Of a stretch of 64,000 bases of DNA, positions 56,006-64,000 are shown piece after piece. Within the stretch, counting starts at the first letter, position 1, and every line of letters begins with the position of its first letter. Under the pieces are notes generated by a model that saw only the letters and a program-made list of their open reading frames with translations, searched no databases and had not been told where the DNA came from. Source of the DNA: Candidatus Peregrinibacteria bacterium CG1_02_54_53 (GTDB lineage: Bacteria; Patescibacteriota; Gracilibacteria; Peribacterales; Peribacteraceae); the NCBI GenBank assembly GCA_001872575.1, contig MNWP01000020.1, forward strand, positions 8,747-72,746, in the 5' to 3' direction. A program made the translations under genes and the position numbers.

Positions 56006-59000
56006 ATGAAAGCACTCGTGAAATCCGGCGTCCTGATCGTGGCGGCCCTGCTGATGGCAGTCGTTCTTCGCGCACTTCCTGCCAAGGCACTGCAGCTCGA
56101 TGAACCGGCAGACTTTAAGGCCGTGCAAGAAAATGTGAGCAAGGTTCGGGGAGACCTCGAGGCCGCCCAGTGTGGCGGTTGGGATTTCTACGATACCGTC
56201 GACAATAAGATCCCCTATGTGAGCGGCGCCCCCGGTCGTAGAAGCACATTTCTCGGCCCGGACGGCAAGCTGTTGTCTGAAGTGGCGGCGGCCGGTCTCG
56301 GCAATCGCGAGGAATCAACGGGCGCCCTCGAAGACGGCTTCGTTTTTCCTGACTCCGGTCGCACGAGCGGCTGGTCCACCGTGTGCAATGTCAATGAATG
56401 TGAAAACAGTTATCCGTATATTCGCGAATGTCCGGATGATCCCCCTTGTCGTAACCCCGAAGATTGCCGGCAAATGTGTCATGATCTGAACGCGTGGGTG
56501 CGACGCCACCAAGACTGTACTGCAGAGTGGACGGAGTGGGATGCCTTTGGCAATCCCTTTCGCGTATATGATACTTTTGCCGATACGAGCCCCTGCTATA
56601 ACACCGATAACGGTGACTGGTGCCACCCGGGAGAAGATTGGGTGAGTGTTGATGCTCAATTGTGGGACATGTGGGGCAACATGGCAGAGCTGGATATCTG
56701 GTGCGATATCGATGAATTGCTGTACTGCTGCTCCAATGCAAAAGTGGTTGATCGCGACAGAGATCCCGATGGCAATTGCATTGTCTGCCACGGAGACGGC
56801 CTCGAGGACCGCAACAATCCGGGGTTTGATTTCAACGGCGAGCGACCTCAGGATCTTGAATTCACCGGATGTCGTGATGGCAAATATGCTCCAAATGATC
56901 GGAAGTACGTATCGATCTATCGACGCCACACAGTGACGTACACGCGCGATCCCGTGTGGATTATCCCGCGCGATGACACGTCACGTTTCGACGTACCGGT
57001 TGATTGCTACTGTCGCTACGAAGAATTCGACCCCAAAATCCGTCGCACCGACCGGCCGGACTACCGTTGCGTCATTAATTTGGAAGATCCCGACAAGCGT
57101 TTCAATGCCATGAAAGAAACCCAGCGCGGCAAAGGGGAATACGGTCAGAATTCCAATCTTCCCGATCCGGCCTACCAACATGCGGCGGCTCGTGACACAC
57201 GCAAAGACCTGTGGGTGAATGATTTCAGTGATACGTTTTCGCTCTTAAACAGCGATAAATTCAAGGAATCACCAAAAGATAATCTGTTTCCGTTGATGCA
57301 GCTCGATAACACCGACATCATGCCGACTGCGCAGCTGGATGTGCAACGCCCTTTCTCGAGTGGCAGCCTGATTCGATCCACCGATGACACCGTTCACACC
57401 GATGACCCGGGTCGTCGCACGATCACCGAGTGGTGGCAGGAACAAGAAACGCAAGCGCATAAGCTCTTCAGCTCTCCACTGCTCCGGCTCGTACTCCCGA
57501 CACCCGCTTCAATCGGGCTGGATCTTTCTGATCCGTTCCTCACTCCGCGGGGCAGCAGCTCCAGTAACGGCAAGAAGATCAATCAACAGATTATCGATAT
57601 TCAGATCAACGCTCTGCCCGAAGATCTGCTGTCAGAAGTCAGTGCCTACCTCGAAAATGGCCTCCTCCTCCACGTGCGTGAGGAACCCGTGCCTTTGGTT
57701 GTTCCGATGGCCTCGTCTGTTGAGCTGCGTGCGCTGGCTCAGGGCTGGAAACGCTGGGGTGAAGAACACCTCGATGGAAAGTCGCGTGCCGAAGAAGCGG
57801 CACGGAAATTGGAAGATTATGCCGACCGCATTGATCGTGTTCGGGCATTGCGCGGTGAATTATCGCAGTACATAGGGCGCCTGCTCACGTATCAAGGAAC
57901 AATGATGCGTGCCATCGGTGAGTGGCTCACAGCCAACATGCAAACATGGGAACGGTATTCCGCCGTGCATCATCAGGGTCTTGACCTCAAGCCGCTGTGG
58001 CAGGAAATCCAACAGAAGTACCGTGTCTTCCACGATCAGACGAATATGCCATGGTGCCGCAACGATCGTTTCACGACACCGATTTATTCTTTTTTGGATA
58101 ACTGGATGCCAGGCCCGCAAGAGCCGCGCGATTTGATGCTCAACATCGATAGTCAGCCCGCAAACGACATCACTCCCTACAGTCTGCCTCGTCTGTCGAT
58201 CGAAATGCTGCCCGATCTCGTCTACGACTTCACGGTCCTGCGCGTTTCGACGGGAACGGTGATCTTGCCCGTCATCACGCCCATTCAAATTCGGCTTCAA
58301 CAGTCGCTATTTGATCCTCCCACCGCCAATGATGACTTCGCCAGTGTTTCGGCTCGGCTCGATAAGATCATCGAATCACCGGATCTTCCGCCGGTGCCGA
58401 CAATCTATGAAGAAGTGCTTGGCAGACTGTTCCCGACCGAGGTTCAGCATCTCTCTTCGCCATCAATGGTGGAAACGGCTATCGCGGACGTGCCGCCTGA
58501 AGTCGAGCAAACCATGAGACGTATGCTGCAGATGATCACCGGTATGGATGAGACATACCGCAAGTTCTGGGAGAGCATTACGGATTTCCCCGAAAGGAAC
58601 TTCTATCGCATGTGGTCGTGTGAGCATCTCAACGAAATGCCGTGCGTACATGTAGAGATGGATCTGCTCGAACGTTTCACCCGCATCGGAGCACGACCTG
58701 CGGTGCAAATTCGGGAAGATTTCTCATCATATGGCCCTTTCCGAACGGATGTGATTCGTGATTCCAATGTTGCAGGAGTACTGCGCAGCATGGACTTAGA
58801 CCCTCCGACAGCCGTGCCTCCGTGTCCGCGCGAAGATTGGGCCTGCCAGATCTACAATGTGGAGAAGACATACGCTCGAGAAGGATGGCGCGTCGAAGGA
58901 ATACAAGAGGGAGAGGGAAAGCAGGATTTGGCGAATTTGCGCAACAGACTTTGGAAGCAGACCATCCCCATCGGAAGCAGCAGTTCTTTCCCGTACATCG

Positions 59001-59095
59001 TTACTCCGGATGAAATGCTGCCATCATTCAACGTTCCCTCACCCATTATCCTGCCCACGACCCGATTTGGTCAGAGTAGTTCCTCTTACCGATGA
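56006..59095 (+). CDS. Large secreted Cys-rich protein of unknown family (operon gene 1 of 5)
   Basis: 1029 aa with signal-like N-terminus MKALVKSGVLIVAALLMAVVLRALPAKA. I count about 24 Cys, mostly in the first ~400 residues (CNVNECENSYPYIRECPDDPPCRNPEDCRQMC...). No domain recognised. Confidence 0.7.
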   Translation: MKALVKSGVLIVAALLMAVVLRALPAKALQLDEPADFKAVQENVSKVRGDLEAAQCGGWDFYDTVDNKIPYVSGAPGRRSTFLGPDGKLLSEVAAAGLGNREESTGALEDGFVFPDSGRTSGWSTVCNVNECENSYPYIRECPDDPPCRNPEDCRQMCHDLNAWVRRHQDCTAEWTEWDAFGNPFRVYDTFADTSPCYNTDNGDWCHPGEDWVSVDAQLWDMWGNMAELDIWCDIDELLYCCSNAKVVDRDRDPDGNCIVCHGDGLEDRNNPGFDFNGERPQDLEFTGCRDGKYAPNDRKYVSIYRRHTVTYTRDPVWIIPRDDTSRFDVPVDCYCRYEEFDPKIRRTDRPDYRCVINLEDPDKRFNAMKETQRGKGEYGQNSNLPDPAYQHAAARDTRKDLWVNDFSDTFSLLNSDKFKESPKDNLFPLMQLDNTDIMPTAQLDVQRPFSSGSLIRSTDDTVHTDDPGRRTITEWWQEQETQAHKLFSSPLLRLVLPTPASIGLDLSDPFLTPRGSSSSNGKKINQQIIDIQINALPEDLLSEVSAYLENGLLLHVREEPVPLVVPMASSVELRALAQGWKRWGEEHLDGKSRAEEAARKLEDYADRIDRVRALRGELSQYIGRLLTYQGTMMRAIGEWLTANMQTWERYSAVHHQGLDLKPLWQEIQQKYRVFHDQTNMPWCRNDRFTTPIYSFLDNWMPGPQEPRDLMLNIDSQPANDITPYSLPRLSIEMLPDLVYDFTVLRVSTGTVILPVITPIQIRLQQSLFDPPTANDDFASVSARLDKIIESPDLPPVPTIYEEVLGRLFPTEVQHLSSPSMVETAIADVPPEVEQTMRRMLQMITGMDETYRKFWESITDFPERNFYRMWSCEHLNEMPCVHVEMDLLERFTRIGARPAVQIREDFSSYGPFRTDVIRDSNVAGVLRSMDLDPPTAVPPCPREDWACQIYNVEKTYAREGWRVEGIQEGEGKQDLANLRNRLWKQTIPIGSSSSFPYIVTPDEMLPSFNVPSPIILPTTRFGQSSSSYR

Positions 59096-59907
59096 AGCGC
59101 CGCCTCTCCATTCTCTGGCTCACCGCTCTCCTGCTGACGATCGTGCCGCTGCAAGGGCAGGCGCAGGATATAGGCACATGCCAGACTCTCATGACGCAAC
59201 AGCTCTCACGGGAGCAACGTCTATACCGCAGCGTTCTCTTCGGCCACAAAAAAGCGAAAGATGCCGCGCTGAACGAAGTGTATTTCGACGACGAGGGAAT
59301 CCCCTGGATCAAAGAGAAAGAGAATGTGTGGCGCTCGGTTTCGCCGGGTAAAGAAGATGAGGAACGCAGTAATGACGAAGTGGATGGCAACGATGAATTG
59401 GAACCTCGTAAAGGCATTTTCGAAACGCGCAAAGTGATGACATCGGATTTGGTGCCCTATCTCACACAAGCCTATCGCTCACTCAAATGCCGTTCGACGA
59501 TCATCTGCAAGGTCGTCGAGAATTCTTTGGAGCTGGAGAGCACAAGTCCGCAAGAATTGACCGTTGTGGTGCCGGGATGCATTGAAGACAAAAGACCTTC
59601 GATTCTCGGTTGCCATCTTGCGGCCGCCGAAGGAAGCAAAGTAGAGCAGGGGGACTTGCTGACCTACTGCAGGTTGGTACGGGATGATCTGGTATCACGC
59701 GAGAAGGATTTGCTTAAGCAGGCTACGGAATACGACGCGGCTTATCGTTCGCTCTTGCAACTTGCAGGGCAGATGGATGCCTTTTTGCAGGAATTCCGCT
59801 GGCCCCTCATCAATTCACTGCGCAAGGCGGCACAACTCGTCGGATCGCTCTACCGCATCCCCTGCTTTATCGGAAGCTGCGATGAAAGCCCTCCATCAAA
59901 CCAGTAA
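59092..59907 (+). CDS. Secreted protein of unknown family (operon gene 2 of 5)
   Basis: 271 aa with signal peptide MKRRLSILWLTALLLTIVPLQGQAQD. ATGA overlap with the gene 1 stop. No domain recognised. Confidence 0.65.
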   Translation: MKRRLSILWLTALLLTIVPLQGQAQDIGTCQTLMTQQLSREQRLYRSVLFGHKKAKDAALNEVYFDDEGIPWIKEKENVWRSVSPGKEDEERSNDEVDGNDELEPRKGIFETRKVMTSDLVPYLTQAYRSLKCRSTIICKVVENSLELESTSPQELTVVVPGCIEDKRPSILGCHLAAAEGSKVEQGDLLTYCRLVRDDLVSREKDLLKQATEYDAAYRSLLQLAGQMDAFLQEFRWPLINSLRKAAQLVGSLYRIPCFIGSCDESPPSNQ

Positions 59908-60702
59908 ATGACACGCCATTCCCTCTTCATCGGTCTGATAAGCATCCTGCTTGTGGCGGGCCTCGGTGCCGCAGTTTATGTAAGCAAAAACCCCGAGAGA
60001 TTTACTGCCACGAATGTGAATTTGCTCATCAAACAAGAAGAGCAGAATTCCATTCTTACGCCCTGCTCACGCTTTGCAGAGGGCTACGCGTATGCACAAC
60101 TGCCCTTCAGGGATGGAAACTTTTCGGCGTGGCCGGCCGAATATCACCGCATTGTAGGCACTGTCGTCGACGAGCATCTGCAATCATTCATGCGTCCTCC
60201 CAACTGCAGTGCACTGACGGGGGATGGGGTGTTGCCCGGAGGTGCACAACTCAGCGCACTGGCAAAAATGCTCCCCAGTTGGAAGAGCGCATCCGTCAGC
60301 CAGTGGGAAGCCGGTTCCGTCCTCCTTGAGTTTTTGCGGGCCTACGAGTGCGCCTTGGAAGAGAGGCTCTATTTTTTGCATCCTGATGCGCTTCTCGAAT
60401 TGGAGATGAAAATGCAAGAGCGCGAAGATGATTCTGATATTTATCTCTCGCTGCTCAATACAGAAGTTTCAGAAGAAGATCAAACGATCACAACGGAATT
60501 GGCCACGGCCCGTCCGTCACTTAACCGAACACTTTCTGTTCTCGCCGGCCTCAGCCGTCTGCTGCCGCTCCACTCAGAACTCCAGTGCATTGAGCGCTCT
60601 TCTCTCGACATCCGCAATGCACTTGCTCTGGCAGCCGAGACCAGTGCCTGTCTGCCCCGTATTTGGAACGCAAAAGATCCGCTTCGCGACCTGCCACAGT
60701 GA
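59908..60702 (+). CDS. N-terminally membrane-anchored protein of unknown family (operon gene 3 of 5)
   Basis: 264 aa. MTRHSLFIGLISILLVAGLGAAVYV. The ATG immediately follows the gene 2 TAA. Confidence 0.65.
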   Translation: MTRHSLFIGLISILLVAGLGAAVYVSKNPERFTATNVNLLIKQEEQNSILTPCSRFAEGYAYAQLPFRDGNFSAWPAEYHRIVGTVVDEHLQSFMRPPNCSALTGDGVLPGGAQLSALAKMLPSWKSASVSQWEAGSVLLEFLRAYECALEERLYFLHPDALLELEMKMQEREDDSDIYLSLLNTEVSEEDQTITTELATARPSLNRTLSVLAGLSRLLPLHSELQCIERSSLDIRNALALAAETSACLPRIWNAKDPLRDLPQ

Positions 60703-63194
60703 GATATGCCTCCGCCATTTTCGGCATTGTCGGTTCACTGTTCTGCATAACGCACGTCCATGCGCAACAGGGGCTTGGCGGCCTGCAGCTCTATGAAAGA
60801 ATGCATAATCTGACCACTCAGGGGATAACGCTGGCAAATACGAATGATGGGGCATTGGTCAAAGGGGATAATGGACTAGCGGAATACATTACGAGCATAT
60901 TTCTGCAGGAAAACTCCAATACATTGGAAAAAACGTCTGCCGAAATGCGCCCCATTGTGCAGGCAGCAATTGAAGGACAGCTGGATGAATTCTGCAAGTT
61001 ATACAACAACACGTTTGATGGATGCCCACAGGTGTACCAAATGATTCGGGATCTGGCACTCGATGCGATGGATACAGGCGAACTTTTAGTCGACCTGAAT
61101 AATATTGTCGTAGGCTACGAAACAGGCGTAAGTGGAAAAATGGGAGAAATCTTCGATGTCACGGAGCGCACGCTTACGATTCGCAATCTCTGGCGCAGCC
61201 AGGATGATGTTCTGCTCACGCCTGAGGTTTTCCCCCTTATACGAGCGGTTCCCCGACCCGACAGTGTCGCAGATGGAATGTTCGACGAACTCGGCAAAGA
61301 AATAAAACAAGGCGGTGTCTGGCGTTATCACTACGGCCTTGCCCAATTTGACACAATAGCCTGTTCCGACTTCGACGAGAGCCACGATGACAACACTGAA
61401 CTCTACAGAGCTATCCACATGCGCTTTTGTAAATTAGAAGACAAGTTGCGCGCCATCAGGGACGCTCTTCCTAGCTCTGCACTCGATTTTACTCCCCCCT
61501 TACAGCGTGGAGAAATTGCTATCTTTCCCCTACGCAGACTTGACGATCCCCCACACGTCATCGTCTGGATGATGGCAGAGAATGTTGACGGCACGGTTAA
61601 ACGGGATGTGGGACTTGGCTGGGACCTAATGCTCGCTACCGGCCCGCTTGTTATTGCCGGCTATAACCCTCCATGCGATAGCGAAAAGCTTAATAGCGCC
61701 TACTGCTCCGTTGTAGAACGTTTTGCAGTCCGCCCTGGCGGGCGATATGAAGATCCTCCAGAGGAACCTAGTGAAGAAGCCGGAATATGCCATCTTCCTT
61801 TTGCGCGCGACGGTTACATGTGTCGTCCCATGCGCCATGATCGTTGCAATGCAGAAATAGACGAGAAAGATCCGCGCGCGATCGTCCTCACCGAGTGCAA
61901 GCCGACACAGGCCAAGCAGCCCGTTGCACTCACGGAATCCGGCCCCGATATCTGTCGTACGGGCTGGTGGCGAATCCCCACCAATAACGAGGAATTGGCA
62001 AAAGACACATCTGAAGAAAACCCCGATCTCCGACCGGGGGCCTGCAGTAATTGTGCGGTAGACATCGTCTGCTCTGAACACTGTGGCGGGATTGATGGAT
62101 TTGACTCTCAGACCATGCCAAAGGATGAAAACGGCGTCATTAAAATCTGTCTTTCACGAAGAAATCCTCCACCTTTGATGGCCTCGGGGCTCATCCACGA
62201 GCTCACGCACGCGCAACAACTTTGCCCGTTACAACCAGAGGATGCACCGACCGATGCAGAGACCTGTTGCGCTCTCGAAGCAGAAGCGTATCGGGCCAGT
62301 TGTCGTATCCTTGCCACTAACGGGCTGCTCGACAGCGCAGGTATCTCTCTTGAGGAGTGTATTGGAGTAGGAGCAAATATGAGTTGCACCCATCTCGGCG
62401 AAGCTACTTGTTCCTCTTTGGACACAGAGAGTGTTTGGGACAAGTTGATGCTTGCCGCACGGAAAGATACCTCTTCGTACCCATCCTGCGATGAGTTGGT
62501 GAATGATATGATCAATAAAGAACCGCTCGCCGTGGCGATGAAAGAAGGAATGAACGGCGCGTGCTCCCCCGGCTGCCCGACGAAGTACGAGAACACCATC
62601 GGCAATAATCTCTGCTACATCGGACAGTGTGTGGAGCAATCCATCGAACAATCGCGCGTCATCCCCGGCCGAATGGGATTCGTCGTCGAGGACGAGGCAT
62701 TCCCGTGGGATTCCTGTGCGGTGGAAAACACAGAAGCAGGCGGCCTCATCGCCCTGCCAGCCATTTCGCCTCCGCTCATTCCCGCCTACAACCCACGTTT
62801 ATTGATTGAATCACTCGATCGTGCGCTGTGTCAGATCAATGGCCTTCCTGCCGCCACACCACCCATTCTCTGCCAGTTCAACTACGAGCGCAGACTGAAT
62901 ATCCCCACGGAAAGTTACGTCACAACGGCGTTCAGTTTTGCAGGGCAGATTGAAGAAAATTTGGAACCGGCTGTCTTGCTCGAGCGCATGACCCAGAGTA
63001 TTGCGACGCGTATTGGCACCTCACTTCTGGCGCGATATCTTGAATGGTCGGCGGGTGCACTCTCCGACACGCTGCGCGCAGGCAATCAGCTGCTTGGCGC
63101 CATGGCAAAGACCGAATTCCCTCGCGAAACATGCCCGCGCAATGCGGCAGAAATACCTGATTTCTGCAATGCATCTCCGTACGTTCCCGAATGA
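60699..63194 (+). CDS. Large secreted Cys-rich protein with an HExxH motif (operon gene 4 of 5)
   Basis: About 831 aa from the GTG at 60699, which forms a GTGA overlap with the gene 3 stop. The track's ATG alternative is 60663. Signal-like RYASAIFGIVGSLFCITHVHAQQ. GLIHELTHAQQLCP, with HELTH encoded at 62196-62210. Confidence 0.7.
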   Translation: MRYASAIFGIVGSLFCITHVHAQQGLGGLQLYERMHNLTTQGITLANTNDGALVKGDNGLAEYITSIFLQENSNTLEKTSAEMRPIVQAAIEGQLDEFCKLYNNTFDGCPQVYQMIRDLALDAMDTGELLVDLNNIVVGYETGVSGKMGEIFDVTERTLTIRNLWRSQDDVLLTPEVFPLIRAVPRPDSVADGMFDELGKEIKQGGVWRYHYGLAQFDTIACSDFDESHDDNTELYRAIHMRFCKLEDKLRAIRDALPSSALDFTPPLQRGEIAIFPLRRLDDPPHVIVWMMAENVDGTVKRDVGLGWDLMLATGPLVIAGYNPPCDSEKLNSAYCSVVERFAVRPGGRYEDPPEEPSEEAGICHLPFARDGYMCRPMRHDRCNAEIDEKDPRAIVLTECKPTQAKQPVALTESGPDICRTGWWRIPTNNEELAKDTSEENPDLRPGACSNCAVDIVCSEHCGGIDGFDSQTMPKDENGVIKICLSRRNPPPLMASGLIHELTHAQQLCPLQPEDAPTDAETCCALEAEAYRASCRILATNGLLDSAGISLEECIGVGANMSCTHLGEATCSSLDTESVWDKLMLAARKDTSSYPSCDELVNDMINKEPLAVAMKEGMNGACSPGCPTKYENTIGNNLCYIGQCVEQSIEQSRVIPGRMGFVVEDEAFPWDSCAVENTEAGGLIALPAISPPLIPAYNPRLLIESLDRALCQINGLPAATPPILCQFNYERRLNIPTESYVTTAFSFAGQIEENLEPAVLLERMTQSIATRIGTSLLARYLEWSAGALSDTLRAGNQLLGAMAKTEFPRETCPRNAAEIPDFCNASPYVPE

Positions 63195-64000
63195 GAATAG
63201 CCCCTCTGTTGCTCACTGGCATATTTACTCTCTCCGTTGTCTCTCCGGTATCCGCGGCAGGTGATCAGTACGCGGATATTCCTCCGGTTTCTCCGTACAT
63301 GGAACGTGTGGTTCGTCGCGCGAGAGAAGGATTGAACAACGGCAGCGGAGGCGGCTCGACGGCAGACGAACTCTTGAAACTCTTCTGGCTTGATCAGGTT
63401 ACAGGGGCGATTCTCCTCTTGATCGACACGGACTTACGTATTGTCGAACAGGAGCGCGATCTGCGCGAGAATACGGCATGCTTACGGGTTGATACGCTCA
63501 TACTCGAGGGCTGGATGGAGCGGGCACGCATCAGAAAGAATGATGCGATTGAACAAGGGCGTCTCAGTGAAGCCGCCCGTCTCATTTCAATGCAGCGGTA
63601 CTTGAATAACCGCTACAAAGCCCTTCTTGTGGGGGCGAGGGACCCCACCTATGTCGATGAAGAAGAAGGTTCGCTCTATGTCTTCGATGCTCCTCCTTAC
63701 TGGTGCTGCCCCGGAAAAGACGAAGAAGCCCAGGAGAGAACTGCCGAGTGTAAACAGATTGGCGATGGCCCGGAGTACTCTGAATGTATCAACGCGCAAG
63801 GGCTCGCATTTAAAAGGCAGTATGCCTGCGTGAATGCCGGCTGCACTGCGGGGGGAGGGGGGGGAGAAGATGAAGACGAACCCTGTCCATTCAGCACGGA
63901 TTACCTGCCTCCAACGGGCGCAGGATACGGGTGTGATCTCTCGGTTCTCGGCAGTCGAAGTGCACCGGAGGGAATCCAAAAAGAAACCGCGGCCCTGCAA
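63191..64000 (+). CDS. Secreted Cys-containing protein of unknown family (operon gene 5, 3' end beyond window)
   Basis: Not in the track because it has no stop in the window. My translation from the ATG at 63191 (ATGA overlap): MRIAPLLLTGIFTLSVVSPVSAAGDQYADIPPVSPYMERVVRRAREGLNNGSGGGS...PYWCCPGKDEEAQERTAECKQIG...CVNAGCTAGGGGGEDEDEPCPF..., open to position 64000. Confidence 0.6.
   Translation, partial: MRIAPLLLTGIFTLSVVSPVSAAGDQYADIPPVSPYMERVVRRAREGLNNGSGGGSTADELLKLFWLDQVTGAILLLIDTDLRIVEQERDLRENTACLRVDTLILEGWMERARIRKNDAIEQGRLSEAARLISMQRYLNNRYKALLVGARDPTYVDEEEGSLYVFDAPPYWCCPGKDEEAQERTAECKQIGDGPEYSECINAQGLAFKRQYACVNAGCTAGGGGGEDEDEPCPFSTDYLPPTGAGYGCDLSVLGSRSAPEGIQKETAALQ

Overview
All calls are made by eye from the ORF translations and raw sequence; no searches were run. 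This is a gene-dense 64-kb chromosomal window, roughly mid-50s %GC by eye. It appears to come from an uncultivated bacterium with a short 16S (~1.46 kb), almost no Shine-Dalgarno sites and monoderm-style envelope genes. A CPR/Patescibacteria-like origin is my inference only.

Four blocks:
1. 1-28.3 kb is a glycan island. It holds a cupin/heptose-kinase fusion, gmd, and a legionaminic-acid-type nonulosonic acid (NulO) set: 4,6-dehydratase, aminotransferase, NeuD-like acetyltransferase, neuC, neuB and a CMP-transferase. It also holds a pseudaminic acid set (pseB, pseC, pseF, pseG, a methyltransferase, pseI) and two HisH/HisF/WbuX-type amidotransferase triads. Two KpsS/KpsC-like paralogs, an MsbA-like ABC exporter, a GT4 and an FkbM-like protein with a strange in-frame insertion complete the island.
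2. 28.4-30.3 kb is a solitary 16S rRNA gene with its own promoter and a leader/trailer processing stem. No tRNA, 23S or 5S follows it.
3. 30.3-56 kb is housekeeping: scattered sufD/sufB/sufC, a MacAB-type efflux module, secA, holB, tsaB, ftsW, murG, murB, gltX, a cyclophilin and a two-OB-fold SSB. Small hypothetical genes and polypurine/polypyrimidine hairpin repeats are interspersed.
4. 56.0 kb to the window end is a five-gene translationally coupled operon. All five products carry a signal peptide or membrane anchor and are Cys-rich. I recognise no family in them beyond a single HExxH motif. This is my best candidate for an undescribed system.

No CRISPR array, transposase, integrase or tRNA was seen.
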